64,000 nt of DNA from Candidatus Hodarchaeota archaeon. GTDB taxonomy: Archaea; Asgardarchaeota; Lokiarchaeia; Sigyniarchaeales; SOKP01. The stretch is from positions 295,532-359,531 of the forward strand of contig JBHLKM010000002.1 in NCBI GenBank assembly GCA_048886685.1. The letters run 5' to 3'. The notes under the pieces are model-generated. The model worked only from the letters and a program-made list of their open reading frames with translations, made no database searches and was not told where the DNA came from. Position numbers and translations under genes: made by a program. Below, piece after piece: positions 49,723-60,788 of the stretch (position 1 is the stretch's first letter; every line of letters begins with the position of its first letter).

Positions 49723-49992
49723 TTGGAAATTCATAAAGATATACCTTTAATAAAGTGTTTAATTGATTGCACAAAAGAAGAAGAACTTATAATATTAAGC
49801 GTAAATGCGGGTCATAATGCTAAAAGAAGACTTGCTAATTTAGGAATTATTCCCGGAGTTAAAATAATCAAGAAAAAAGCAGCTCCTTTTCGAGGTCCTA
49901 TTGAGATAATTGTGAAAGGATCATCACTAGTTATTGGTAGAGGTCTGGCAACAAAAATATTTGTAAAATGTGTTGGTCCTAAAACTTTTTAG
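49723..49992 (+). CDS. feoA: Ferrous iron transport protein A
   Basis: RRLANLGIIPG, APFRGPI, IGRGLA. Confidence 0.92.
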   Translation: MEIHKDIPLIKCLIDCTKEEELIILSVNAGHNAKRRLANLGIIPGVKIIKKKAAPFRGPIEIIVKGSSLVIGRGLATKIFVKCVGPKTF

Positions 49993-50094
49993 TCATTTAA
50001 GATTCGATCTTAAACATTTCTTTCTATAGTAAGTATAGTTTTCAGAAAAAGAAATACGTATCCATAAACCTATACAAAAGCAGAGTACAAGTAA

Positions 50095-52086
50095 ATGGAA
50101 AACACAAATACTATTATAAATATTGCTTTAATAGGTAATGCAAATGTTGGAAAATCAGTAATATTTAATCAACTTACAGGACTTTCGCAATCTATTGGAA
50201 ATTGGCCAGGAAAAACAGTAGAAAAAAAGGAAGGCCATCTTAATTTTTTGGGATATAGTTTTAATATTGTAGATTTACCTGGAATTTATTCTCTTTCAAC
50301 TTATTCCTTAGAAGAGATTGTAAGTAGAGAATATATAGTTTCTGATGAAGTTGATATAGTTATTAATGTAATTGATGCAACTAATTTTGAGCGTAATTTA
50401 TTTTTTACATTCCAGTTATTAGAGTTAAAAGTTCCCTTGATAATAGCTATTAATCAGATGGATATATTACGAAAAAGAGGTAGAGACATTAATTTCATAC
50501 TGCTACAAGAAATTTTTAAATTACCAGTCGTTCCTGTAGTAGCAATTCATGGAATTGGAGTTGATCAATTAATAAAAGAAGCTATAAAATTGGTCGAAAA
50601 ACCTTTTCAATATCCAGATTTACTCTCAATTTTATTTTATGGGAAAGAAGTTGAAATAAAAGTAAGAGATTTAATTAAAGAAATTGAAGCAAATTGGGAA
50701 ATCAATTATCGCTATACCTATCCTTCACGTTTTCTAGCAATTAAAATCTTGGAAAATGATGAGGAAATAAAAAAAGTTTTTGAGTTAAACCAAAATTCTT
50801 CTGTTATATTTAAATTAGCCAATGAATATCGCAAAGAATTAGAAGAATATCATGGTGAAGATATCGATACAATAATATCATCAGAGATTTACAATAATAT
50901 ACATAAAATTATTGAAAGAGTACTAATAGTCAAATCTCAGGAAACAAGGAAAAGAGCTTTAGCTGACAAGCTTGACCATTTAACAACTCATTCATTTTGG
51001 GGATATATATTTTTAGTACTAGTTCTCTTAGGAACATATTATTATATATTCCTTATTGGAGATTTATTAGGTGGGATAATTGAGACAATTTTTAGTATAT
51101 GGAGTAAGCACGTTTATGAAATTTATGGTGATCAAAATGTGTTTGTTTTAATATTATGGGATGGAGGTATGGGGGGATTTCTTGGGGCAATTGGAGGGGT
51201 TCTAGTATATGTTATCCCATTCTTCTTAATAATTGAGATTTTACAAGATTCGGGATATTTACCTCGAGCAGCATTTCTTATGGATAGATTCATGCATTTT
51301 TTGGGCGTGCATGGAAAAACTATAATTCCAATGATTCTGGGTTTTGGTTGTAATGTTCCAGCTTGTGCGGCTTGTAGAATAATGGAAACCCCACGAGAGA
51401 AAAAAATATCTGTTGCCTTAACCTCCCTTATTCCGTGTGCTGCAGTAATGGTAGTAGTATTAGGGTTGGTTGGGCGATATTTAGGACTCGGATGGGTTTT
51501 ATTTTTATTTGGAATAAATCTCTCTGTAATCATTCTTATTGGCAGGATATTAAATAAAGTAATGCCTGGAAAATGTACTGAATTAATTATGGAAATGCAT
51601 GAATATAGAATTCCAAATTATGGTGTTATTATGAAACAGACATGGATTAGAACGAAAGAATTTATTTATAAATCCTTACCTATAATTATATCTATTGGAA
51701 TTTTGTTGGAAGTGTTATTTATTTTTAAGCTTTTAGACCCAATTAACATTATTTTATCGCCAATAACAGTATTTTGGTTAGGACTTCCATTAATTACAGG
51801 AATTTTTTTAATTTATGGAATTTTGCGTAAGGAACTAACATTGATACTTCTTACAATTTTGGCAAGTTCAAAAGATCTGACTTTATTAGAACTACTAACA
51901 CCAATACAGATGATAATCTTTTGTATAGTAACTATGCTTTATATTCCATGTTTTGCAACGATAGTTTTAATTGCAAAGGAAACTAACTGGAAATATACTT
52001 TTCAAATAGCTGGTCTTGAAATTGGAATTGCTTTATTAGTAGGTGGCGTAATAAATTGGGGTTATTTTCTTTTTACAAGTCTTTAA
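50095..52086 (+). CDS. feoB: Ferrous iron transport protein B
   Basis: GNANVGKS, GNWPGKTVE, DLPGIYS, DSGYLPR, GFGCNVP. Confidence 0.96.
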   Translation: MENTNTIINIALIGNANVGKSVIFNQLTGLSQSIGNWPGKTVEKKEGHLNFLGYSFNIVDLPGIYSLSTYSLEEIVSREYIVSDEVDIVINVIDATNFERNLFFTFQLLELKVPLIIAINQMDILRKRGRDINFILLQEIFKLPVVPVVAIHGIGVDQLIKEAIKLVEKPFQYPDLLSILFYGKEVEIKVRDLIKEIEANWEINYRYTYPSRFLAIKILENDEEIKKVFELNQNSSVIFKLANEYRKELEEYHGEDIDTIISSEIYNNIHKIIERVLIVKSQETRKRALADKLDHLTTHSFWGYIFLVLVLLGTYYYIFLIGDLLGGIIETIFSIWSKHVYEIYGDQNVFVLILWDGGMGGFLGAIGGVLVYVIPFFLIIEILQDSGYLPRAAFLMDRFMHFLGVHGKTIIPMILGFGCNVPACAACRIMETPREKKISVALTSLIPCAAVMVVVLGLVGRYLGLGWVLFLFGINLSVIILIGRILNKVMPGKCTELIMEMHEYRIPNYGVIMKQTWIRTKEFIYKSLPIIISIGILLEVLFIFKLLDPINIILSPITVFWLGLPLITGIFLIYGILRKELTLILLTILASSKDLTLLELLTPIQMIIFCIVTMLYIPCFATIVLIAKETNWKYTFQIAGLEIGIALLVGGVINWGYFLFTSL

Positions 52087-52251
52087 ATTAATATTATTAA
52101 GCTTTCTAATAAAAGATATAAAGATTTATTACGGAAAAGATTAAGATAATCGATGGAGTTGAGCCAAAGATAGACTTTTTGAGACATATGCAAAATATCT
52201 ATAAAACTTAAGAAAGCCAATTTCAATCTTGAAAAATAATACAAATTAAAC

Positions 52252-52710
52252 TTATTTAACAATCAAAACATTACATGGAGCTCTTTTAGCAACTTTAGTA
52301 GAAACTGTCCCTAATAAAGCCTGTTTTATTTTAGAATGTTGTCCTCTGCTACCTATAACGATAAGATCGAAATTTTCCTCTTTCGCAATTCTGACAATGT
52401 AATCTTCAGGTGTCTCATTTACAATTAAACGAGTTTCAACCAATTCCTTCTTTATCCCAAACATATTCCTTGCTTTTTCGAGTAAATTTTTTCCTGCCTC
52501 CTTATATACTCCTTCAAGAGTACTATGTTTTGAATATAGAGCTTCAGCATCAGCATAAATTTCTGATGGAATCCTATTGTCTTTGATTGAATGAATAATC
52601 ACAACTTTACAATTCCATATCTTTTGGAATTCAACTACTTGCTTAGCAGCATTAGTAGCATGGGCGGATCCGTCTGTCGCTAATAGAATTTTTTTATAAA
52701 TAATTTTCAC
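52252..52710 (-). CDS. Universal stress protein
   Basis: YKKILLATDGS, DLIVIGSRG, LLGTVS, APCNVLIVK. Confidence 0.93.
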   Translation of the reverse strand: MKIIYKKILLATDGSAHATNAAKQVVEFQKIWNCKVVIIHSIKDNRIPSEIYADAEALYSKHSTLEGVYKEAGKNLLEKARNMFGIKKELVETRLIVNETPEDYIVRIAKEENFDLIVIGSRGQHSKIKQALLGTVSTKVAKRAPCNVLIVK

Positions 52711-53026
52711 CTACAATTTACTAATATAATTTTCTATTTTATTCTTTTTGGCTTTAATCAATTTTTCACAAAAAAAATTGAATTCAATTCATATTAATAA
52801 ACTTATAGCACTCTAATTGTTATCATAAAGAATAGCTTTAGTTTTAATATTTTATAAACCAAACTAAAAATCTCTTATATCGCTTCTACAAAAGTTTACT
52901 TTTTTTTTTGAAACATAAAAGTTAGATTTAATAGTTCCTATTGGGCTTTGATTATAATGCTAATTTACTAAAAAAATTTTATATCTCATAAATTAAAAAT
53001 ATAAATAAAATGAGAGGTGGTCAATT

Positions 53027-53392
53027 ATAAGCGAAAATAAAAAATCTATCCTTTATGTTCAAACGAGTGACGATCCAGAAAGACAATATTCACCATTAGT
53101 ATTGGCTCAAACTGCTGCAGCTATGGACATAAAAGCAACTGTTTATTACTTAGGACAAGGTTTAAGGATTTTAAAACCTGGGGAAGCAGAAAGAATAAAA
53201 TTAGGTGCGTTTCCAAATGTAAAAGAAATGATTGAAAAAACCTTAGCAGATGGTGTTGAAATCCTAGTATGTGAAGCTTCAAAAAGAATGTTAGGATGGG
53301 AAAAAGTAGATTTGATTCCAGGCGTAAAAATTGTTGGAGCAGCAACATTAAATGATTTAGTTCTAGAAAATGATGCAACCCAATGGTTTTAA
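53027..53392 (+). CDS. DsrE/DsrF-like protein; probable ATA start
   Basis: Frame open upstream of 53102: (I)SENKKSILYVQTSDDPERQYSPLVLAQ; GAGGTGG SD 6 nt before ATA; ILVCEAS, VGAATL. Confidence 0.8.
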   Translation: MSENKKSILYVQTSDDPERQYSPLVLAQTAAAMDIKATVYYLGQGLRILKPGEAERIKLGAFPNVKEMIEKTLADGVEILVCEASKRMLGWEKVDLIPGVKIVGAATLNDLVLENDATQWF

Positions 53393-53435
53393 TTTTATAT
53401 TTTTATAACTCAAGTTAAAGAAGAATATTAAGAAT

Positions 53436-54038
53436 ATGAACAAATTTGAGAAATTAAAGCAAACATTAAAACTAACCTCAAATCCGATAGGAGTAAAACT
53501 TATTTACGATTATCATGAAGATACAGGGATAGATCCTATTTTTAAAGAATTAAATAGTATAGATGGGTATTGTGAATTTGTTAAGAGCGCATCTAAAGGA
53601 GAATTCTTGAAAATTAAGAAAGGTGATTTTTCCTGTAATAATGCAAATATTATGCTAAGTTTTCAAGAAACTGATAATATAGAATTGTCAATGAAATTGG
53701 ATATTAAAGGGCTTAAATATATTCTTCTTTTTCCAATTAATCAATATGAACTTGAGGATTACGATAGTATTATACTTGTCTTAAATCCTCGTAATTGTAT
53801 GAATATCATCCAAGCTTATGTTAGACTTCATAATAAACCGTTAAAAATAACATGCGGTATAATTAATGGTGTATGTAGTGAAGTAACTGCTTATGTTATA
53901 AAACGTAATGATGTGAATTTTTCATTCTTATGTACTGAATCTCGGAACGATGGTACTTTTAATGATTGCGAGTTATTATGTGGGATACCTGCTAAAATGA
54001 CAAAAGATCTGATTAATGAAATTATACAATCAAAATAA
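53436..54038 (+). CDS. DUF169-family protein
   Basis: PIGVKL, YCEFV, FSCNNA, GVCSE, SFLCTESR, ELLCGIP. Confidence 0.75.
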   Translation: MNKFEKLKQTLKLTSNPIGVKLIYDYHEDTGIDPIFKELNSIDGYCEFVKSASKGEFLKIKKGDFSCNNANIMLSFQETDNIELSMKLDIKGLKYILLFPINQYELEDYDSIILVLNPRNCMNIIQAYVRLHNKPLKITCGIINGVCSEVTAYVIKRNDVNFSFLCTESRNDGTFNDCELLCGIPAKMTKDLINEIIQSK

Positions 54039-54144
54039 CTTCGAAGGGTATCAATAGAGTTGTTTAACTCAATTTAAAAATTACAAATAATTTATTAAGA
54101 GATTTTAAAAAATTAGCAGGAGAAAAAATCCACTATTATTTAAG

Positions 54145-54647
54145 TCATGGTTTAAGATTTTTACATTTAATTTCAATTGGTTTAGAATTATTTTCAAAAG
54201 TAACGTAATTCATAAATAGTTTATTAACAGATCTGATGTAATCTGCACCGCGTCCAATTGCAATACCCCTTTCTTTATAAGTTAAAAAATATATCGCTAT
54301 TTCCCTCTTTCCTGAAAATCCATTTACTTCCAAAGAGATATTATAAACAAATAAATCTGGGAATAGACTGAATAAAAAATTGATTAGTACATTTTCAGCT
54401 CTAATAATTAAAAACTTTCTACCCTTCATTTCTCTCCTCACTGATCCTAAATATATTTTGGAATCAAAATAGTCTTCATTTTTTACAAAAAAAAAGATAT
54501 ACTGATCAACTACAGCAAGAAATTCAGGATATATCCCCTTTGTCTTTTATAGAAATATTTGTATAATTTAAGTTCAGAATTTGTGTATTTTCTGATGAAA
54601 TTTAAGATTTGATAAAGGATTAGATCATCAGATATTGTGTAGAACAT
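54145..54647 (-). pseudogene. NusA-like KH-domain protein with an apparent frameshift near 54550
   Basis: ERGIAIGRGADYIRSVN (KH GxxG); frame open to about 54548; N-terminus from ATG 54647 lies in another frame. Could be a sequence error. Confidence 0.5.
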
Positions 54648-54804
54648 ATTGTATTATCTAAATTCAGCAATTTAAACCAAACAGCTCTATAATTAATACA
54701 TATTATAATAATATTAACACAATATAGTTAGAGACTTACAATAAAGCTATAAAAGATCTTTAATTATTTAATATTAGCAACATTAAACCAATTTATTCTA
54801 ATAG

Positions 54805-56229
54805 ATGTTTGTTGAATTTTTTTATTACCTAAAAGAACGCTTACCCGTAAGCATCACAGAGTATATGACCTTAATCGAAGCTCTAAATAAAGGGCTTATT
54901 CATAACATGGTTGAGTTTTATTATACTTCACGCTCAATTCTCTGCAAAAATGAGCATCACTTCGACATTTTTGATATCTCATTTGCTAATTTCTTTAAAA
55001 ATGCTATGATACAATTCCCAGAAGATTTTAAACAAGAGATTTGGGAATGGCTCGAAAAACCTATCACCTTATCAGAATTAATCGAAGGATTAGAGCTATT
55101 ATTAAAAGAATATCAACAATATCTAACTGTAGTAGACTTACAAGAATTACTTCAAGATCTACTTGAGAAGTATGCAGACCAACTTGAAGGTAAACTACTT
55201 GCAAACGTACCCGATGATATTAAAGAAGAAATCTTTAAATGGCTTCAACAAAACATAAATATGTTAGCAACCGATGCTGCGTTTCAAGACATGGCAAGTC
55301 AATTCTCTAGTCTCGAGGACTTACAAAAAAGGCTTGAAGAATTAATGCAGGAACAAGACGAAGAACATAATTTCGGAGATCATTTTATTGGAACACAAGG
55401 TACCTCTCCATTTGGACATTCTGGGCAAAACCCAATGGGTATGAGAATTGGAGGTGGGGCTGGTATGCGAACTGCAGTACAAATTGCTGAAAAAAGAATT
55501 TTCAAGGATTATCGGAAGGATATCGTTTTGGATACGAGACAAATTAAAATAGCTCTAAAAAGACTCAAAAAACTTGAAGAGATTGGAAAACAAGACGAAT
55601 TAAACATCGATGAGACTATCGACAAGACAGCAAAGAATGGCGGAGAGATCGAAATTGTATTTGATAAACGAAGAAAAAACGATGTAAAGATATTACTCCT
55701 TATGGATGTAGGTGGTAGTATGACACCATATGCTCATCTCGTTAATCTACTTTTCTCTGCAGCTAATAATATGTCACATTGGAAAGATTTTAAATATTAT
55801 TACTTTCATAATTGCATTTACGAGACTTTGTATTTCAATGCTAAAAGGAATCCTAATGAAGCTATTGAATTTAACGATTTTATTCGAAAATATGATAGTA
55901 AATACAAAGTAGTGATCGTGGGTGACGCTGCTATGGCCAGCTGGGAATTAACAGAAAAATATGGATCGATATATTACTACCATCGAAATGAAATGCCCGG
56001 AATCTATTATATCAAAGAACTTGCTAATCATTTTAAAAATGGTATTGTATGGCTTAATCCAGAGCTAATAAGACCAGAATGGAGCCCATGGACACGAAAA
56101 ATTATTTCTAGTGTTATTCCTATGTTTGATCTCACTATTGATGGCATAGAAGAGGCTATGAATTATCTTAGAAAAGGCGGTAAGAATATGTTTACGACTG
56201 TCAATTACTTTAAGGGATTAAATTATTAA
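54805..56229 (+). CDS. VWA/CoxE-like domain protein
   Basis: IGTQGTSPFGHSG, LLMDVGGSM, YYFHNC, VGDAAM, WLNP. Confidence 0.88.
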   Translation: MFVEFFYYLKERLPVSITEYMTLIEALNKGLIHNMVEFYYTSRSILCKNEHHFDIFDISFANFFKNAMIQFPEDFKQEIWEWLEKPITLSELIEGLELLLKEYQQYLTVVDLQELLQDLLEKYADQLEGKLLANVPDDIKEEIFKWLQQNINMLATDAAFQDMASQFSSLEDLQKRLEELMQEQDEEHNFGDHFIGTQGTSPFGHSGQNPMGMRIGGGAGMRTAVQIAEKRIFKDYRKDIVLDTRQIKIALKRLKKLEEIGKQDELNIDETIDKTAKNGGEIEIVFDKRRKNDVKILLLMDVGGSMTPYAHLVNLLFSAANNMSHWKDFKYYYFHNCIYETLYFNAKRNPNEAIEFNDFIRKYDSKYKVVIVGDAAMASWELTEKYGSIYYYHRNEMPGIYYIKELANHFKNGIVWLNPELIRPEWSPWTRKIISSVIPMFDLTIDGIEEAMNYLRKGGKNMFTTVNYFKGLNY

Positions 56230-56335
56230 AAAATTTTAAATTAGAGTTGCGTCTTTTTTCATTTAAATTTTGAGTTTTTCTAAAATATAAAATTCCCGAA
56301 CCTTAATATTTTATGTATGAATATCGAAGTTACAT

Positions 56336-56956
56336 ATGGATGAAAAAAGAAAGGAATCTTCAGATAAAAGAGAGACAATCCAGTATTTTGAGATTTTTTT
56401 TGGTTTGTTTAATTCTTTTGTTATGGGTTCTATGATTTGGATAGCACAGAACAACATACTTTTGGCTATTCCTGCTTATATTTTTACTTTGATAATGGTA
56501 ATTGGGATTATTCTTACTTTTAAAAAAAAAAATCCTTTTTTTACATATTTTACTATGGGTACTTTAGTTTGTGGTTCTTATTACGCTCTACCAGGACTAT
56601 TTTTGATACCATTAACTAGTTTTAAATATGGTATTTTTGATTACATTATATTTGGTCTTGCGATTCCCGAAATTTTTTATCTGATATTTCTTACTAAGGA
56701 CTTATCGTTTTTCAAAACCTGGGGTAAACAGGCTCTAATTTGGGGTAGAGATAAATTTGATTCCAGTCTTCCTTATGCTTTAATGGATCCTGAGACATTA
56801 AGCTTGCAACAACAACGGATTGACGAAGCTATACTAAAACAAAAACAGGAAAGAAATAAATATAACAAAAAATATCATAAATCCTTAATCCTTTCCGTAT
56901 GCATTATTTCGGTATTAGGATTTTATTCCTTTTTTTTTTCTAGTATGGGATTATGA
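56336..56956 (+). CDS. Hypothetical membrane protein
   Basis: About five hydrophobic segments. Confidence 0.65.
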   Translation: MDEKRKESSDKRETIQYFEIFFGLFNSFVMGSMIWIAQNNILLAIPAYIFTLIMVIGIILTFKKKNPFFTYFTMGTLVCGSYYALPGLFLIPLTSFKYGIFDYIIFGLAIPEIFYLIFLTKDLSFFKTWGKQALIWGRDKFDSSLPYALMDPETLSLQQQRIDEAILKQKQERNKYNKKYHKSLILSVCIISVLGFYSFFFSSMGL

Positions 56957-56974
56957 GACAACTAACTGAATTCA

Positions 56975-57610
56975 TTAACTTTCAATTAGCTTTTTAATAT
57001 GTTCAATACCATATATCGCGTCATCAGCATAATCATCAGCTCCAAATTGTTTTGCCAGTTCTATATTTAAAGGGGCCCCTCCAACAATCAATTTTACCTT
57101 ATCTCGCAGTCCGGCATCTTGTAGTGCTTGATGAACAACTCCAATTTGATCCACAGTCATAGATAATAACGTACTCAATGCTACAACTGATGCTCCAGTT
57201 TCTTTAACTTTTTCAACGATTGCTTCAGCTTCCACATCTCTTCCAAGATCGAAAACTTCAAAATTTGCGCTTAATAACAACGTCCCTAGTATATTCTTTC
57301 CTAAATCATGTTGGTCTCCTTTAACGGTTGCTATAACCACTTTTGCTTTCTCCTGCCCGTTATCTGATACAGCCAGAGCAGGCTTTAATACCTCAAGTCC
57401 TGCTTTCATTGTATCTCCTGCCAATACAAGCTCACCTAAAAAATACTCATATTCTTCATATCGCCGACTAACTTCATCCATACCCCTTGTAAGGGCATTT
57501 AAAATTTCAAAAGGGTCTTTCCCATCTTCTTCAAGAGCAATTCTAACTGCATCTTCTATATCATCCAACTCCAATTCGACGATAAGTTCAGTTAATTCTT
57601 CAAAATCCAT
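56975..57610 (-). CDS. Corrinoid protein (MtbC/MttC-like)
   Basis: B12 cap domain, GDQHDLGKN (DxHxxG), VGGAP, GADDYA. Confidence 0.93.
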   Translation of the reverse strand: MDFEELTELIVELELDDIEDAVRIALEEDGKDPFEILNALTRGMDEVSRRYEEYEYFLGELVLAGDTMKAGLEVLKPALAVSDNGQEKAKVVIATVKGDQHDLGKNILGTLLLSANFEVFDLGRDVEAEAIVEKVKETGASVVALSTLLSMTVDQIGVVHQALQDAGLRDKVKLIVGGAPLNIELAKQFGADDYADDAIYGIEHIKKLIES

Positions 57611-57735
57611 AATAGTCGACCATTAATTAAAAAAAAAAAACTAATTTTCCCTAATTTCATTTCAATGAATAATAATAATTACTACTATACTTCTAATAAA
57701 AATTTTTTTTAATTAGGCAAAATATTTTTTTTATT

Positions 57736-58905
57736 ATGGTACTTTCAAAACGAGAAAGAGTAATTAGAGCCTTAGAACGCGACGATGAACCAGATATGAT
57801 TCCAATCCATTATCTAGGATTTGAAAGAACTGGTATTGCCTATCAACAATTTCTAAAATCAAATGATTTTAAAGAAAATAAGACTTATATTGAAAACACA
57901 TTTTCAAGAGAGGATTATCGCTGGGCTGGAGATATAACTGAGTGGCGTTTTTGGAATGTTGATTGTCAATCAATAGATCCTTGGAGGCATCGAATGAAGA
58001 CTAAAATTGCCGAGGGACCACCCGAATATCCAGGAAGTTACTTAATTCCAACATCTGGGAGAATATTTAAGCGAGTGGAACAAATTAAGACTGGTTTAAC
58101 TTATGCTTGGTATATAGATGGCTATTTCAGAACACCTGAAATATTACACGCCTATTGGGATGAATATGGAAAACCTTCTGAATGTATTAATAATGAGGTT
58201 AATTATTCCCCCAAAATCTGGGAAAAGTTTGTAGAAAGCCTCTCTCCATACCTATATCCAATGGCTAGATTAATGATTGCCATGAATGAGGCTCTATTCG
58301 AAGGAATGACAGTAAGTAGAGTTACTTATCATATGAGAAAAAATCCAGAATTCATCCACGAAGTTATGGAGGAATATACTAAAGTAAATCTAGAATTTGT
58401 AAAACGTTATGCAGAAGCAGGAATAGATATTGTTTTTTATTATGATGATTTAGGGTATAAAGGACGATCTATGTTTTCTCTTGAGAATTTTCGTACATTT
58501 ATACTTCCATACTATAAAAAAATATATCAAGAATGTAAGAAACATGGAATGTTCGTAATTCAGCATTCATGTGGTTATATTGATAAATTACTCCCGGATA
58601 TGGTTAATGCGGGACTAGATTGTATTCAAGCGCTAGAGCCTGCTGCAGGTGTTGATTTAGCACATTTAAAGGAAACATTAGGAGACCAATTGAGTTTTAT
58701 GGGGGGAATGGATGCAACGAGAGTATTAAGTTTCGGAACTCCCAAAGAAGTTGAAGAAGAAGTAAAAAGATGTATTAAAGCTGCCGCTTATGGTGGAGGT
58801 TACTTTGCAGGTCCGAGTCACAATATCTTAAACGTTCCCTGGGAGAATATTCTAGCCTTCAGAGCAGCTATTGAGAAATATAGGAAATATCCATTGAAAT
58901 TCTAG
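57736..58905 (+). CDS. URO-D/MtaA-superfamily protein (probable methylcorrinoid methyltransferase)
   Basis: YDDLG, HSCG, GGMD, GGGYFAGPSHNI, ENI; divergent from the corrinoid gene. Confidence 0.85.
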   Translation: MVLSKRERVIRALERDDEPDMIPIHYLGFERTGIAYQQFLKSNDFKENKTYIENTFSREDYRWAGDITEWRFWNVDCQSIDPWRHRMKTKIAEGPPEYPGSYLIPTSGRIFKRVEQIKTGLTYAWYIDGYFRTPEILHAYWDEYGKPSECINNEVNYSPKIWEKFVESLSPYLYPMARLMIAMNEALFEGMTVSRVTYHMRKNPEFIHEVMEEYTKVNLEFVKRYAEAGIDIVFYYDDLGYKGRSMFSLENFRTFILPYYKKIYQECKKHGMFVIQHSCGYIDKLLPDMVNAGLDCIQALEPAAGVDLAHLKETLGDQLSFMGGMDATRVLSFGTPKEVEEEVKRCIKAAAYGGGYFAGPSHNILNVPWENILAFRAAIEKYRKYPLKF

Positions 58906-59105
58906 TTTCTTACAATTTAGTTTAACCCATTAATTTCCCCGAATTTCCTTATCTATCTTGTTCGGACTATAGGAACAAAAATTTGATATATCAGATGTAA
59001 ATATATTGATTAATAATCTCTATAATTATATATTTCAAGCTTTAATTAGAAAATTTCGCTTAGAAATTTAATTGGGGTTTTATTTAAAGCCACTGTCTTC
59101 TAATT

Positions 59106-60653
59106 TTGACATATTCATCCAAAATGAATTTAAATGGAGTTTCCTTTATGAGTAGGTGTGATAATAAACCAGTAGAACCCGAAATGAGATATTTTAATCT
59201 AATTAATAGCATTTTGGATGTTTTAATTGAATTTAATCTAGATTTTACTATTACATATATTAATCCCCAAGTTTACGATGTATTTGGTTATCATTCTGAG
59301 GAAGTAATTGAAAGAAAAACCGTGGATTTTATTCATCCTGATGATGTATCAAAAATTGTTGAAATAATTAAGAGGACAATAAAAACAAGAGAAGTAATCT
59401 CAATAGAACTAAGAATTCGGCATAAAAAAGGATACTTTGTTCCAACGTATACGAAAGGACGTTTAGTGGTTTTAGATAATCAAAAAAAGATTGTTGGAGT
59501 CTTAAGAGACATAACAGAAATTACGGAAGCTCAACGAAAATTAAATAATTCAGATCAAAGATATAGGGAAATCATTGAAAATATTGAGGATGGATATTTT
59601 GAAGTAGATCTACAGGGAAATTATACTTATATAAATGATTATACTTGTAAGTATTTGGGATTTTCGAAAAATAAATTAATAGGTAAGAGTTATACTTCTA
59701 TATTAGACAAGAAAACTCATAAAGAAGTATATGAAATCTTTAATCTTGTTTACAAAAATAATCTTTCAAAAGGAACTTTTGAAAGTAAAGTAATCAGAAA
59801 TGATGGACAAGAACGTACTTTTGAGGGAACATTTTATTTAAGATATGATACGAATGGAAAAAAAATTGGGTTTTATGGATTTACTCATGATATATCAGAG
59901 AAAAAAATAATTGAAGAAAAGACCAAAGAATCTGAAAAAAAATATCGTAAAGCTTTCGACAGAGCTGAACTTTATAAGAATTTATTTTATCATGACATCA
60001 ACAACATCCTTTCTAATATAAAATTATCAATAGATATTAGTGAGAAATATCTTGCTGAGTTCAATAAGGAAAAAGAAATTAAAGATCTTTATGAATTAAT
60101 TAAACAACAATTTGAAAGAGGAACAAAACTAATTTCTAATATTCGCAAATTATCAAATCTTGAAAATTTGGAGAAATCATTAAAATCATTTGAGGTGATT
60201 AAAACATTAGAGGAAGCAATAAAATATGTTCAGAACAGTATAGTATCAGAAGATATTAACATAAGAATTAAATCATCTGAAAAGAAAATTATGATTCAAG
60301 CCAATGAGTTTTTAATAGATATATTCGATAACTTATTAATTAACGCCATTAATTACAATGATAATCCCAAAAAGGAGATCCTCATTAAGATTTCAAAGGT
60401 TTCTAAAGAAAATGTCAATTATGTGAAATTTGAATTCATTGATAATGGTATTGGAATTTCTGACAACAGGAAAGAAGTAATCTTTCAAGAGGGATTCAGT
60501 AAAGAAAAAGGATCAAAGGGTATGGGCTTTGGTCTAACTCTCGTCAAAAAAATCATAAGAAGTTATAGGGGTGAAATCTGGATTGAAGATAGCGTTAAGG
60601 GTGATTATTCACAGGGAAGCAATTTTGTTTTCTTAATCCCTGAAGCAACATAA
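59106..60653 (+). CDS. Cytoplasmic PAS-PAS histidine kinase
   Basis: FIHPDD and second PAS; HDINN, NLLINAI, DNGIGI, GMGFGL. Confidence 0.92.
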   Translation: MTYSSKMNLNGVSFMSRCDNKPVEPEMRYFNLINSILDVLIEFNLDFTITYINPQVYDVFGYHSEEVIERKTVDFIHPDDVSKIVEIIKRTIKTREVISIELRIRHKKGYFVPTYTKGRLVVLDNQKKIVGVLRDITEITEAQRKLNNSDQRYREIIENIEDGYFEVDLQGNYTYINDYTCKYLGFSKNKLIGKSYTSILDKKTHKEVYEIFNLVYKNNLSKGTFESKVIRNDGQERTFEGTFYLRYDTNGKKIGFYGFTHDISEKKIIEEKTKESEKKYRKAFDRAELYKNLFYHDINNILSNIKLSIDISEKYLAEFNKEKEIKDLYELIKQQFERGTKLISNIRKLSNLENLEKSLKSFEVIKTLEEAIKYVQNSIVSEDINIRIKSSEKKIMIQANEFLIDIFDNLLINAINYNDNPKKEILIKISKVSKENVNYVKFEFIDNGIGISDNRKEVIFQEGFSKEKGSKGMGFGLTLVKKIIRSYRGEIWIEDSVKGDYSQGSNFVFLIPEAT

Positions 60654-60788
60654 TAAATTTTTTTGCCAAAATTATGAGTTCTCTTTTTAATTCATTACTT
60701 TCCTTCGTTGCTAATGAGAGAAATTTCTTATATCTCTCTTGATTATATTCCACTAATTTAGTACACAAGAATTCTACTCTTTCAGGAT

